DNA from: a virus
Taxonomy: Duplodnaviria > Caudoviricetes
Length of the DNA: 43,946 nucleotides
Strand: one strand, 5' to 3'
Virus record (IMG/VR): IMGVR_UViG_3300020042_011280
Span: 1 to 43,946 of that record
Shown: positions 28,081 through 37,613 of the stretch, piece by piece
How positions within the stretch are numbered: position 1 is the stretch's first letter
Layout: every line of letters starts with the position of its first letter
The notes under the pieces: generated by a model
The model's input: only the letters and a program-made list of their open reading frames with translations
The model's database searches: none
What the model was told of the DNA's origin: nothing
Program-made: the position numbers and the translations under genes

Positions 28081-28470
28081 TTAAGCTTTCTCATTTTCAG
28101 TAGTGAACAACAAGAATTCATTCAAAGAACCTTTGAAAATCACTTCGGTCGGATCCTTAACAATCACTTTATTTTCATAAACATGATATTCAAATTCTTG
28201 GAAAGCATTTTGATTCAATTCAATTGGATGAATATAGAATCCGCCAGGTGTTTTCTTGAACCACACAATCATTTGAGCAGCCAAATCACCCATACCATTC
28301 GCATATGTAAACAATTCTGGTTTGCCAGAAATGCCTTGACCCATTTGCAATTCATTCAAAAAGTTGGCCAATTCTTGGCCGTGACCTGAAAGATAACCAT
28401 CAAACTGGCGGTACATACACATGATTGGAGTTTTACCATCATACACATAAGTCAAAGAACGAGTTCCCAT
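28081..28470 (-). CDS. Hypothetical phage early protein
   Basis: MGTRSLT..Y.QFDGY..G.G..L N-terminus common in phage proteins. Confidence 0.7.
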   Translation of the reverse strand: MGTRSLTYVYDGKTPIMCMYRQFDGYLSGHGQELANFLNELQMGQGISGKPELFTYANGMGDLAAQMIVWFKKTPGGFYIHPIELNQNAFQEFEYHVYENKVIVKDPTEVIFKGSLNEFLLFTTENEKA

Positions 28471-28471
28471 A

Positions 28472-29221
28472 TCAAGCAGCCTTCATCATAAAAGTAGGAA
28501 ATTTAACAAAACCAGAGGTATCTTTTTTCGCTTTACCTTTGGCATACAAACCAACAACAACATTTTTTGGATCCAAGAAACGCAAATCAGATTCATCACC
28601 ATTAAACACGATACGACCCATGTAGGTTTTTGGCATCGCTTCTGTTTTCTTTAAACCGAACACAGTAGCGACATTGTAACCTTCTGAAATAGCACGATAA
28701 ACATCGGCATCATTGCCATCAGCAGCAGAAAAGGTTAACGAGTAATTAGAAATATTTTTAATTTTACGGCCAAGAATCTTGGTGTAGTCATAAAAAGTTA
28801 CCTCAGAAAATGCGGTAAAAATATTTGTATATGATTGGCCTTTGCGAATCACTTCATATTTTTCAAATGCAAGGTCGGACGTGCCGTTCATACGAAAAAC
28901 GGGAATCAAACCTTTTTTAATGCATTGCTTAATTGCTAATTCAATATCTTTAACTAGCAAATTCATAAAGGTAATACGGTCTTCGAAAAACATTTTGGTT
29001 TTACGAATACGTGCTTTTTGAATGACGTTGGTATTTTCGCCTTTTTTGAACATACCGCCACGACCAGCAGTATTCAAACAAGCGGCTGTGCAGCCAGCTG
29101 TACGTTTTGGACAGGTTTCATAACCAGACAAATCAGCAGGCGCAAGGTGTAGAATGTAAGTCATATAACCTTGACTCATACCTTTAAGCACTTTAGGATT
29201 TCCAACTGTCAACAAATTCAT
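28472..29221 (-). CDS. GP88-like Cys-cluster protein
   Basis: CP..TAGC.AACL..AGRG, R.NGTSD, FYDYTK, GDESDLRF.D motifs. Confidence 0.7.
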   Translation of the reverse strand: MNLLTVGNPKVLKGMSQGYMTYILHLAPADLSGYETCPKRTAGCTAACLNTAGRGGMFKKGENTNVIQKARIRKTKMFFEDRITFMNLLVKDIELAIKQCIKKGLIPVFRMNGTSDLAFEKYEVIRKGQSYTNIFTAFSEVTFYDYTKILGRKIKNISNYSLTFSAADGNDADVYRAISEGYNVATVFGLKKTEAMPKTYMGRIVFNGDESDLRFLDPKNVVVGLYAKGKAKKDTSGFVKFPTFMMKAA

Positions 29222-29252
29222 AATTTTCTCTCTTTTTTCAATCTATGGATAG

Positions 29253-29313
29253 AGTATAACACAACCACGGCAATTGTCAAGCACTTTTTGGCACTTGTTG
29301 TTTTTTTGCAACA
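29253..29313 (-). promoter_or_regulatory. sigma70 promoter with upstream palindrome
   Basis: TTGACA-16-TATACT; TGTTG-N8-CAACA at 29296-29313. Confidence 0.8.
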
Positions 29314-29328
29314 GTAATACTAAAGTAT

Positions 29329-29682
29329 TCATCTACGCATATTCGCTTGGTCTATTGCTTCTTCATCCGTGAAAATAGGCACAGCATTCGATTTGTGCAA
29401 AGTACCAATTCCCTTCATTGCTGTTCCTGTATACACTTTACCAAGAACTGGTTTCGTGCAAGAACCACCAGGCGTTACCATACTTGGATACTTAATAGTT
29501 TCACGACCAGCAGGTGTAGTCAATTTTGGAATATTAGTAGGATTAAAAGTTACTTTACCCATATTTTTTCTTGAAAAATTTGTTTTTTGATTATTGATAT
29601 GATCGAGCCAAGCTTGATATTCAGCAAGCTCTTTTTTGGTCTTGCTTTTCTTTTTGGATTTTTGATAAGTGTAAATTAACAT
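29329..29682 (-). CDS. Hypothetical basic protein, probably on a leaderless mRNA
   Basis: YTG..MKGIGTLHKSNAVPI motif; ATG 7 nt after the -10 box. Confidence 0.75.
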   Translation of the reverse strand: MLIYTYQKSKKKSKTKKELAEYQAWLDHINNQKTNFSRKNMGKVTFNPTNIPKLTTPAGRETIKYPSMVTPGGSCTKPVLGKVYTGTAMKGIGTLHKSNAVPIFTDEEAIDQANMRR

Positions 29683-29689
29683 AGGATAG

Positions 29690-29751
29690 AGTATAACACA
29701 ACCGGTAAGAATGTCAACAATTATTTTAGTAGGTGTTGTTTTTCAACAACA
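29690..29751 (-). promoter_or_regulatory. sigma70 promoter with upstream palindrome
   Basis: TTGACA-16-TATACT; TGTTG-N8-CAACA at 29734-29751. Confidence 0.8.
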
Positions 29752-30125
29752 GCAGCAATGTGTTTGCATTTTCCATGATAAGTAAAACCAATGCAGGTAC
29801 AGGACATTTTATTGGCGGCCGAAACCTCAACAATATAATCCTTGCCTTTTGAGTTTACTTTGAAAGCACGAACATTCTTTGGTTTGACATATTCTTCTTT
29901 TTTCTCATCTAGAGTTTCCAGAATTTTTTGTAAACCTGAATGGTTGACCTTGACGAATTTGCGGTAACGCTTGTCAAGTTTTATGGTTTTCGATTTTGAT
30001 ACGACAACCTCATCGCCAGAAAATTTGGCATACGCAATTAATGCGCCTTTGCTATTGAGCAAATATGTGTGATTAGTTTGAAAGTCAGAATTCCAAACTG
30101 TTACTTCTTTAATAATTTCAGCCAT
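29721..30125 (-). CDS. SWIM zinc-finger protein
   Basis: CTC..F....CKHI motif; start reassigned to MAEIIK because the promoter lies within the longer ORF-track call. Confidence 0.75.
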   Translation of the reverse strand: MAEIIKEVTVWNSDFQTNHTYLLNSKGALIAYAKFSGDEVVVSKSKTIKLDKRYRKFVKVNHSGLQKILETLDEKKEEYVKPKNVRAFKVNSKGKDYIVEVSAANKMSCTCIGFTYHGKCKHIAAVVEKQHLLK

Positions 30126-30132
30126 AACACAC

Positions 30133-30195
30133 AGTATAACATAACTATATGGGTATGGCAAGCCCTCTCATGGGCATTGTTGTTTTTTTACAACA
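30133..30195 (-). promoter_or_regulatory. sigma70 promoter with upstream palindrome
   Basis: TTGCCA-17-TATACT; TGTTG-N8-CAACA at 30178-30195. Confidence 0.78.
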
Positions 30196-30196
30196 G

Positions 30197-30367
30197 TCAA
30201 CCTTTAAGCAATTGCTGATTATCGCTTTCTTCCCGCATAGATTCTTCGAATTCATCAATCATTAATTTATTGATTTTTGATTGTAATTCAACAACATCAC
30301 CTTGGTTTTGTTGTATGCGTTTATTCAATTCAGCAATTTGTTTTTGAAGTTCTTTAATATAAGTCAT
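30197..30367 (-). CDS. Small coiled-coil protein (56 aa)
   Basis: Not in ORF track. MTYIKELQKQIAELNKRIQQ...QQLLKG. Confidence 0.65.
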   Translation of the reverse strand: MTYIKELQKQIAELNKRIQQNQGDVVELQSKINKLMIDEFEESMREESDNQQLLKG

Positions 30368-30512
30368 CCTCATCCTTTTTTCGCAAACGCTTCATAACTT
30401 TATCATAGTTGCGCTTGGCTTTGTTTTTGAATTCTCTGAAGTCCTCTTTGTCTTCGTTTTTCTTAGACTTAGGACTACGAACCTTCTGATATTTATTTCC
30501 ACCTGCAATCAT
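30354..30512 (-). CDS. Small basic protein (52 aa)
   Basis: Not in ORF track. MIAGGNKYQKVRSPKSKK...DEDDLY; fills the operon gap after clpP. Confidence 0.6.
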   Translation of the reverse strand: MIAGGNKYQKVRSPKSKKNEDKEDFREFKNKAKRNYDKVMKRLRKKDEDDLY

Positions 30513-30516
30513 TTTT

Positions 30517-31098
30517 TTACAAAATATGGTCTGCTACGTTAAATTGAATGAGTTCTTCCGCCGTCAAATAAACATCACTTGGCGGTAAGAGTTTTAATTT
30601 AATTTTACTTGTTGTTAAATCTGTTGCTTCTTTTAGAATCTGAACCATACGACCATTTAGGTTCTCGGTCTCTTTCATTTGAGCCTTGATATCATGGTAT
30701 TTACTATCTAAACTTTCCGAGAATTGATGGCACATGATACTTGCATTTTTTGCAATGTGTCGTTCACCTCTTGAACCGCAAGCGAATAATAGAAACGCTG
30801 CACTCATTACATTACCAATACCGATAGTGCGAATAGGATATATCGATTGTTTCATCATATCAATCAAAGCAAAGGCGTCAGTTAAACTGCCACCACAAGA
30901 GTTGATGTAAAGAGTCAAAATTTTAACTTTACCTTTATCTAGGTTCTCATAAAGAATCCATTTGATTGCTTCTTTAACCGTGTCTTCACTAATTTCTCCA
31001 TTAATGAAGTGTATGTGGTTATCCAACAATGAATTGTCAATTCTATCACCTGCCGTTTGGTCAGATTGATTCTTGGAATTAGTTATATTAGATGCCAT
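30517..31098 (-). CDS. clpP: ClpP-like protease subunit
   Basis: LYINSCGGS, G.VMSAA (catalytic Ser), IMCHQ (His), DVYLTAEE (Asp). Confidence 0.88.
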   Translation of the reverse strand: MASNITNSKNQSDQTAGDRIDNSLLDNHIHFINGEISEDTVKEAIKWILYENLDKGKVKILTLYINSCGGSLTDAFALIDMMKQSIYPIRTIGIGNVMSAAFLLFACGSRGERHIAKNASIMCHQFSESLDSKYHDIKAQMKETENLNGRMVQILKEATDLTTSKIKLKLLPPSDVYLTAEELIQFNVADHIL

Positions 31099-32035
31099 GT
31101 TTTATAGTATGCCATTTGTAAGCTGTTTTAATAATGTCAATTATATCATACCTACATTTGAAATTCAATAGTCTTGAAGCAAAGTTTGCATTTGCTACCA
31201 AAGAATCGGGGTCACCTTCCCTGCGTGGTACTACGGTATAGTTTACTTTTACCTTTAAATGAAATTCAATTAAGGAGATAATCTCAAAAATAGAATAACC
31301 TTTGCCTGTGCCAAGATTAACTATCTCGGATGAATTATTTCCATCTAGATAATTAGCGGCCAGAATATGTGCATCAGCTACATCGGCAACGTGAACATAA
31401 TCACGAATACAAGTTCCATCATTTGTCGAATAATCATTACCAAAAACTTTAAAGTTATTTAGATTTCTTAAAATTTGAGGTATCAAATGAGTTTCTGGTT
31501 CGTGGTCTTCACCCATTTCACCATCTTCATCGGCACCAGCCAAATTGAAGTATCGGAAAATGATATACTTTAGACCAGAGTCCTCAATAGCGTATTCAGC
31601 TGCAAGTTTTGTATTACCATAAACATGATTGCTTGTGGTACATTCTCTTTCGGGTATTTGAATACCACCAGATAAGTATACACCCGCAGTTGATGAATAT
31701 ACAATTTTTTCCACATTGTATTTCTTCATCAAGTTCAATAAGATTACAGTTCCGCCAGTATTGACTTCCCAAAACTCAGTTGGTTCTTCAAACGATTTAC
31801 CAACTTCAATTCGGCCTGCCAAATGGAAGACCGTATCGAATTTCACTTTACGAAAAACATTTTCTAAAGATTTTTTATCCCGAATGTCTGCAACTTCACA
31901 CACATCAGCATAATTGTGGGTTGGTTTAACTTTGTCATAAACAAAAGTGCGCCAACCTGCCTTCTTCAATGCTTTACTTAAATGACTACCGAGATACCCG
32001 GACCCACCTGTAATAAGCGCCGTCCTAGTTTCCAT
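31088..32035 (-). CDS. galE: UDP-glucose 4-epimerase
   Basis: TGGSGYLGSH, SST, YGNTK, FRYFN.AGA, ETHLIP, DGTCIRDYVHV, RREGDP motifs. Confidence 0.92.
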   Translation of the reverse strand: METRTALITGGSGYLGSHLSKALKKAGWRTFVYDKVKPTHNYADVCEVADIRDKKSLENVFRKVKFDTVFHLAGRIEVGKSFEEPTEFWEVNTGGTVILLNLMKKYNVEKIVYSSTAGVYLSGGIQIPERECTTSNHVYGNTKLAAEYAIEDSGLKYIIFRYFNLAGADEDGEMGEDHEPETHLIPQILRNLNNFKVFGNDYSTNDGTCIRDYVHVADVADAHILAANYLDGNNSSEIVNLGTGKGYSIFEIISLIEFHLKVKVNYTVVPRREGDPDSLVANANFASRLLNFKCRYDIIDIIKTAYKWHTIKHGI

Positions 32036-32724
32036 GGAAATTCACCGTTATATTTTTGTTTGTTAATTGCATTGCCTTGCTCGAAAAAATCTTTTGTTAC
32101 AGAATTGGGATTACCATCAAGTCGATAGCATGATGTATAAACATTAGTACATTCATACTTTGGGAAATTTTGTTTTAGTGTATTGAAGAATTGTCTATCA
32201 GCACCCCATTGGCCATACCAAGCCTGACCTACACGAACAGCAACATCACGTTTAACACCAAAACAACTAGTATCAATATGATGTACCTCTGAATTAAAAT
32301 AAACAGGCCATTTACCTAAAGATTCACAATCATCTTCACAAATGAAGTTTCCATCTTTATCATATATTTTTCTTAGTGAATAAGCCCAATCATTTCCTTC
32401 TTGAATCTTATCAACAATTCTTTGAACGTGGCATGGGTCTAACCAGTTGTCTTCATCCAAATAAACAATTATATCAGCATTAACTAAAAACGAACAAGCT
32501 GCATAAACTCGGTGACCATACCAACCTTTACCAACATTTTCTTCCAATTCAATCATTCTAGTCTTAGATGAACCAACAAGAATTTCTCTTGCCTTTGGTT
32601 CATACTGACATCCATCAATGAAGATATAATGTGTAATATCTTCGTATGTTTGCTTGTCAACCGAATCAATACATTTTGCTAAATGCTCTGATGCAATTGT
32701 TGGTGTTACAACGGCTACTTTCAT
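31978..32724 (-). CDS. GT2-family glycosyltransferase
   Basis: VAVVTPT..L.KCIDSV.KQ, FIDG, YLDED motif. Confidence 0.85.
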   Translation of the reverse strand: MKVAVVTPTIASEHLAKCIDSVDKQTYEDITHYIFIDGCQYEPKAREILVGSSKTRMIELEENVGKGWYGHRVYAACSFLVNADIIVYLDEDNWLDPCHVQRIVDKIQEGNDWAYSLRKIYDKDGNFICEDDCESLGKWPVYFNSEVHHIDTSCFGVKRDVAVRVGQAWYGQWGADRQFFNTLKQNFPKYECTNVYTSCYRLDGNPNSVTKDFFEQGNAINKQKYNGEFPWKLGRRLLQVGPGISVVI

Positions 32725-32731
32725 AATAAAC

Positions 32732-33166
32732 TCACTTAGGTGGTAGATTCAAATTGGGAAAAGCTTCACGGACAATTTGTAGTGTTAGATATTTTACACC
32801 CAAATCTTTTTTGATTAATTTAACAAAAAGTTCAGCTTCATCTTTGTGTAGTGATTCAAGAATAACAACTAACAATTGAGTTTGTTTTTTACTTGTTAAA
32901 TTTGGTTCACGTTTTGGATGATTTACAATAAATCTATAAATCTTATTCATCTCGGCACGCAGGTAAGAATAATTCAAGCCAGCTGGTTCCGTAGATGGTT
33001 TATATTGTGGAACTTCTACATCAAATTTAATGTTTGGATGAAAAGCACAATACAGAAACTCTTGAAAAACTGCATCACCATTCTGTTGTAAGACAGCAAG
33101 TTTTTCTTTTCGGGTTTCTGCTTTTTGAAATAGTTCTAGTATCTCTGAAAACAATAAATCATTCAT
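32732..33166 (-). CDS. Conserved T4-like hypothetical protein downstream of rnh
   Basis: SEILE..K....EK...L, LESLH.DEA motifs. Confidence 0.75.
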   Translation of the reverse strand: MNDLLFSEILELFQKAETRKEKLAVLQQNGDAVFQEFLYCAFHPNIKFDVEVPQYKPSTEPAGLNYSYLRAEMNKIYRFIVNHPKREPNLTSKKQTQLLVVILESLHKDEAELFVKLIKKDLGVKYLTLQIVREAFPNLNLPPK

Positions 33167-33176
33167 AATATTCTCT

Positions 33177-34025
33177 TTAAAATTCGTCAATCACTTCAAT
33201 TAAGTTTTTAAGACGATTGGCAACCATATAATTCATAAACTCTTGGCGAGTGTGTCCTTTGGTTGATTCATATGTATCTATGATACTTTGTTTGAGTGTT
33301 TCTGGAATTTGAGTTAAATCAATCAACATCTCATTACGTTTATAATTACGCAACATCTCATCATTACAGAATTCTTCAGGTCTCTGATTCATCCAATTAA
33401 TAATCTTTGCTTCGGTGATTGGTTTTTGCCTTACACCCTCAACGAACACATCATCCTTTGAAAGAATGTTTGGAATGCCATCACTCTTATCACCACGAAT
33501 CACCAACTGCTTTAATTGTGCAGAAGGCAAAGGTTCTTTAATGAATTTTTTTAGAATCGGTGAATACTGTTCAACATTAGGATACTTTTGCAATTGTGCA
33601 AAGTCTTTATCTGAGGAAAGAATCATTACCTTTTGTGTTGCTGAATGTCGCATTGATAAAACGGCAATGATATCATCAGCCTCAGCAGTATCAACTTCGA
33701 TAACTTTGTATGGTGAATGACCACGCAGTTCTTCACGAATTTTATTCAAACATTCAAAGATAGAATTCCAATCGTGACCAGAAGAATCACGAGCTTTCTT
33801 GCGGTGTGCCTTGTAATGTGGAAATACATCACGGCGCCAATATTTTTTGTTGTCGCAGGCAATGACTATATCAGTACCGAATTCCGCTTTGAATTTCTTC
33901 ACATATGTTCGGATGGTATTCAGAATCATATGGCGAACCAATGATTCATCAACTGCCGTTTTGGAAGAACCAATTTGTTCCATCAGATTAGCAATCGCCA
34001 CCTGATTAAAGTCGAAAATAATCAT
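33177..34025 (-). CDS. rnh: T4-type RNase H (5'-3' flap exonuclease)
   Basis: DFNQ, YWRRDVFP.YK..RK, EADDII, SSDKDF.QL, GDKSDGIPN motifs. Confidence 0.94.
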   Translation of the reverse strand: MIIFDFNQVAIANLMEQIGSSKTAVDESLVRHMILNTIRTYVKKFKAEFGTDIVIACDNKKYWRRDVFPHYKAHRKKARDSSGHDWNSIFECLNKIREELRGHSPYKVIEVDTAEADDIIAVLSMRHSATQKVMILSSDKDFAQLQKYPNVEQYSPILKKFIKEPLPSAQLKQLVIRGDKSDGIPNILSKDDVFVEGVRQKPITEAKIINWMNQRPEEFCNDEMLRNYKRNEMLIDLTQIPETLKQSIIDTYESTKGHTRQEFMNYMVANRLKNLIEVIDEF

Positions 34026-34044
34026 ATTTTTTCCATAATATATT

Positions 34045-34242
34045 TTAATGCAAACTATGTTGACCGTGAGGCAAACTATGTTCCATCATCTCAGCTAAAA
34101 CGTCCCATAAAGCTCCTTGAACGAACTCTAATTCTTCTTCGGTTATTGTTTCAGGAGGTAAATCACCTTCAAGCACCATCATTACTATTGTTTGGCGCTC
34201 TTCTGATACTTCTTTCACTTTTGTTTTTTTATTAACACCCAT
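34045..34242 (-). CDS. Hypothetical protein
   Basis: ORF in operon. Confidence 0.55.
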   Translation of the reverse strand: MGVNKKTKVKEVSEERQTIVMMVLEGDLPPETITEEELEFVQGALWDVLAEMMEHSLPHGQHSLH

Positions 34243-34244
34243 GA

Positions 34245-34631
34245 TTAGCTGTGTTCTTCACACCTTGTTTTAATCCAACTATCACCAGTTTGTTTGCCTG
34301 GTTTTCCACAAGCTTCACAAGTTACACCTGACATTGACGATGCCATACTAACAAGTCCGAAAATGTATTCATCTCCGCCAGTATAATAAAAACTCAATGT
34401 TCCAAACTTCTCTTTAACTTGGTCAACCGTAACTTGTGGTATACTAAGACCTTGTCTTTCTTTCAAATCAATGTGTTTTTGAATATTTGCCATCAATTGG
34501 TCTAGAATATCAAACCAGCCATCACCACATTCAAAACCCCAGTACATACAAGTTTCTTGCATTGTCTTTTGCCGATTAACCATGAGCTTTGGGTATCTTG
34601 CACACAACAACTCATCAAATTCTTGTTTCAT
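34245..34631 (-). CDS. Conserved phage hypothetical protein with C-terminal CxxC
   Basis: GDGWFDIL, QVKEKFG.L..Y, CE.CG..G motifs. Confidence 0.75.
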   Translation of the reverse strand: MKQEFDELLCARYPKLMVNRQKTMQETCMYWGFECGDGWFDILDQLMANIQKHIDLKERQGLSIPQVTVDQVKEKFGTLSFYYTGGDEYIFGLVSMASSMSGVTCEACGKPGKQTGDSWIKTRCEEHS

Positions 34632-35710
34632 TTTAAACTCCTTAGCAGTATTATATCACAGTTAATTCGACCTGTGAGGCAAGATTCTTTAGCCCGAATC
34701 TCGGCAACAACATTACGCAGGAATACTTTCCCACCTTTTAAAACTTCAGGTATTAATGCCTCGGGTTTTCTAACCGTCTTATGTACCGATTTCATTTCAG
34801 AATACCCGATAATGCTTGAACCTTTTACAGATAAACCTGAAGAATCAGAGGCAACATAACAACCAAGTTTCCTTGTTTTTGTATTATACACAAATAATTG
34901 AGAACAACCAATAATCTCTTTTGGCTTGATTGATTCAATTTTTAATTCATCGAACTTAACGCAATATTTCATCTTATTCACCAATTCTTCTGGCGACTTC
35001 ACTTTGCGTTTTCTTGGTTTTCTGGTCAATAATGCTTCACCAGAAATTTTCATTGCATCAGATATAATCAAATCACCGAATGCCACCATCTTCTTTAATT
35101 GTGGTTTGGTGAAATTAGAATAACCTTCTTTTAACTGTTCATCTTTAGTAATCAGTATTTCATCAAACTCAGCACGAAACCTTTTAGCCCATTCCATGAT
35201 ATGTGAAACGTGAACACCTTTCACCGCCTTTGTATGCATGATTCCGTAAGGTGAGGTGTTTGCTGTGAAGCCAGATAGTATGTAATCATCTACAGCGCCC
35301 TCCAACTCTCCAATGCACTCGGATGCCTTCTCCCGAATTCTATCTTGAATATTGATTGTGGGTTTAGATTCTACAACTTCGGCAACTATTTCTTTTTCTT
35401 CTTTTACCAGCTGAATTTTTTTGATTTGATTTTCAAACCATACTTGGTCTTTTGGCTCAAGTATTGAACCATTCAATATCATACGGCAAATGAAGCCGAA
35501 ATTAGTTTGACAATCTTTTAATTGACCAGTGGAAATAGACTGCTTTAATTTCTTTTTAAAATATTCAGCAGCCCACTTTTGGGAATCTTTAAAATCTTTG
35601 TTTTGGGAATACCAATTGAGCAACCTGAGAAATTCTACCTTCTCAAGCTGCCCTTCAATCTTTGGTTCCGATCCAGCAAAAATATCATTTGCATTTAAGG
35701 AACGAGCCAT
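34628..35710 (-). CDS. Conserved T4-like hypothetical protein
   Basis: 360-aa ORF; YNTKTRKL..Y..GLSVKGS..RKP motifs. Confidence 0.75.
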   Translation of the reverse strand: MARSLNANDIFAGSEPKIEGQLEKVEFLRLLNWYSQNKDFKDSQKWAAEYFKKKLKQSISTGQLKDCQTNFGFICRMILNGSILEPKDQVWFENQIKKIQLVKEEKEIVAEVVESKPTINIQDRIREKASECIGELEGAVDDYILSGFTANTSPYGIMHTKAVKGVHVSHIMEWAKRFRAEFDEILITKDEQLKEGYSNFTKPQLKKMVAFGDLIISDAMKISGEALLTRKPRKRKVKSPEELVNKMKYCVKFDELKIESIKPKEIIGCSQLFVYNTKTRKLGCYVASDSSGLSVKGSSIIGYSEMKSVHKTVRKPEALIPEVLKGGKVFLRNVVAEIRAKESCLTGRINCDIILLRSLK

Positions 35711-35714
35711 CTAA

Positions 35715-35933
35715 TCACCTTTCAAGTGTAACATACTCTCCGAAATACTTATCGAATGTCATCACCAAATTTTCATAATCACCACTTTTCATTTCGGCAA
35801 TAATGTTTTCAGCATCTAACTCCAATTGGCGGGCATATGTTGTTGCACAACCAAGAAGCGCAAATGCGTTTCCTTGGGGACCAGTCAAATCAATAACTAC
35901 TCTACGACCTATTCTTTTTTTTCGAATTGTCAT
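35715..35933 (-). CDS. Hypothetical protein
   Basis: IDLTGPQGNAF.L.G, M.SGDYE.L motifs; GGAG RBS. Confidence 0.7.
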   Translation of the reverse strand: MTIRKKRIGRRVVIDLTGPQGNAFALLGCATTYARQLELDAENIIAEMKSGDYENLVMTFDKYFGEYVTLER

Positions 35934-35958
35934 TTTTTCTCCATTATATATTAAAAAA

Positions 35959-36372
35959 TTATTTTACTTCAAAAGGTTTATCCCATTTGCCGATATCCAC
36001 GCTGACATAATATGCCGTATTGAAATAATCGGTCATAGCGTCAGAGTGGTCATAATAATCAGCAGTATACATGGCTTTTATAATCTTGTCAACTATTTCC
36101 AAAGATTTGCCCGAAAAATGATTTTTGTAATGATATGGGTTTACCTGTTCATAACGGGTATCGTTAGGTTTAAAACCTTTGGCAACTTGATAAAAATCTT
36201 TGCCGCAAGTTTCATTGCTATTGGCAATTAAGTCAATTGGTGCCGATTTAATCGTGCAACAAATTGAAGAATTATTGCGAACCGATAAACTGAATTTTAC
36301 GCCAGTACCTTTAAGTGCTTTATCCAAGTTTGCTTTAATAACTGATTTTTTTTGCTGATTCATATAAGCCAT
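35959..36372 (-). CDS. Hypothetical early protein
   Basis: SD.MTDYF..AYY motif; directly downstream of a sigma70 promoter. Confidence 0.75.
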   Translation of the reverse strand: MAYMNQQKKSVIKANLDKALKGTGVKFSLSVRNNSSICCTIKSAPIDLIANSNETCGKDFYQVAKGFKPNDTRYEQVNPYHYKNHFSGKSLEIVDKIIKAMYTADYYDHSDAMTDYFNTAYYVSVDIGKWDKPFEVK

Positions 36373-36403
36373 GATGTGTCCTTTTCAACGATTTAATAAG
36401 ACC

Positions 36404-36457
36404 ATTATACATGAATACAGGTAAATGTCAAGCCCCCTCTGTTGCAAAAAAACAACA
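36404..36457 (-). promoter_or_regulatory. sigma70 promoter with upstream palindrome
   Basis: TTGACA-16-TATAAT; TGTTG-N8-CAACA at 36440-36457. Confidence 0.8.
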
Positions 36458-36483
36458 ACTATTTTACTATATTGTCAGCTTAA

Positions 36484-36491
36484 TATAAATA
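36484..36491 (+). promoter_or_regulatory. T4-type late promoter
   Basis: Exact TATAAATA upstream of two plus-strand ORFs. Confidence 0.65.
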
Positions 36492-36597
36492 GGTATAGTT
36501 GCCAATATTTTTGAATGGCAACAACTTTCCTTGCCTTGCACGATAATTGCAATCCTATGGATGTCGGTTTAATGACATAAACATTCAAAGGAAAAAA

Positions 36598-36723
36598 ATG
36601 TTCAAGGAATTACCCAAAGTGTTTTTCATTGTCATGGTTGCTTTATGGTTTTTTGATAGTAAACCAAATTTAACCAAAAAGGACAATGTAACATCGTGTG
36701 GTTCTATCGAACAAAAAAAGTAA
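36598..36723 (+). CDS. Small membrane peptide (41 aa)
   Basis: Not in ORF track. AAGGA RBS; MFKELPKVFFIVMVALWFFDSK... Confidence 0.5.
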   Translation: MFKELPKVFFIVMVALWFFDSKPNLTKKDNVTSCGSIEQKK

Positions 36724-36760
36724 TCTCTATATCACCTTTAATCTATACAGGTGGTAAATA

Positions 36761-37531
36761 ATGGATCCGTTAACCCTCTTTGCACTTGCTAATGGTGCTG
36801 TATCTGCTATCAAAGCAGGATGTAAGCTATACAAAGACATTAAGGGTGCAGCTGGTGAAATTAAAGATGTACTTAAAGATTTGGATGAACAGTTTCATGG
36901 TGCATATGCAGCTAAAGGTAAAACGCCGCCGCCTGCCGCAATCAAACAACTGAATGAAGAAAAAACCAGAGTAAAAGAATTAAACAAACAAGATTCTGGT
37001 GATGTTTATTTTGAACTTGGTCAACATCTTGGTGCCTTCTTTGACAATCAAGCCAAGTGTATAGCGGTATTTGAGGCAGAAGAAAAAAGGTCTTATCAGT
37101 TATATACTGGTGATGCTTCGGTAGGCAGTCGTGCTCTACAAAGAGTATTGATGAAGAAAAAACTTGAGCAGATGGAAGTTGAATTGCGTGAGATAATGAT
37201 TTATCAAAGTCCACCAGAACTTGGTGCTTTATGGACAGAAGTGCTACAGCAGTCTAAGGTAATAAATGCCAGACAATCAATTGCTTTGAAGGCACAAATT
37301 GAAAAAAACCATAGAGAAGATATTAAACACGCTAAATTTATGGAAAAAGTCCATGTATGGACTTGGTGGATTGTTAGTTTAATACTGATACTATTGCTTA
37401 CTTTTATTATAATGATTTTTGTAGCGCAAGATAGAATGGAAAAGTATCCTCAGTTGGGTTATGAATTATTCCCTAAAACTGAGAAACAACGCCGTGAAGA
37501 AGCACAACCTAAAAAATATATTGGTCGTTAA
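36761..37531 (+). CDS. Hypothetical membrane-anchored helical protein
   Basis: 256 aa with one strong C-terminal TM segment; opposite strand to its neighbours. Confidence 0.75.
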   Translation: MDPLTLFALANGAVSAIKAGCKLYKDIKGAAGEIKDVLKDLDEQFHGAYAAKGKTPPPAAIKQLNEEKTRVKELNKQDSGDVYFELGQHLGAFFDNQAKCIAVFEAEEKRSYQLYTGDASVGSRALQRVLMKKKLEQMEVELREIMIYQSPPELGALWTEVLQQSKVINARQSIALKAQIEKNHREDIKHAKFMEKVHVWTWWIVSLILILLLTFIIMIFVAQDRMEKYPQLGYELFPKTEKQRREEAQPKKYIGR

Positions 37532-37536
37532 TAAAT

Positions 37537-37611
37537 TGGTGGGCTGAGAGAGAATTGAACTCCCACTCAAGCGATTATGAGTCGCCTGCTTTACCATTAA
37601 GCTACCAGCCC
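37537..37611 (-). tRNA. tRNA-Ile2 (CAT, lysidine type)
   Basis: Anticodon arm GGCGA-CTCATAA-TCGCT as in bacterial Ile2; encoded CCA. Confidence 0.8.
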
Positions 37612-37613
37612 GT

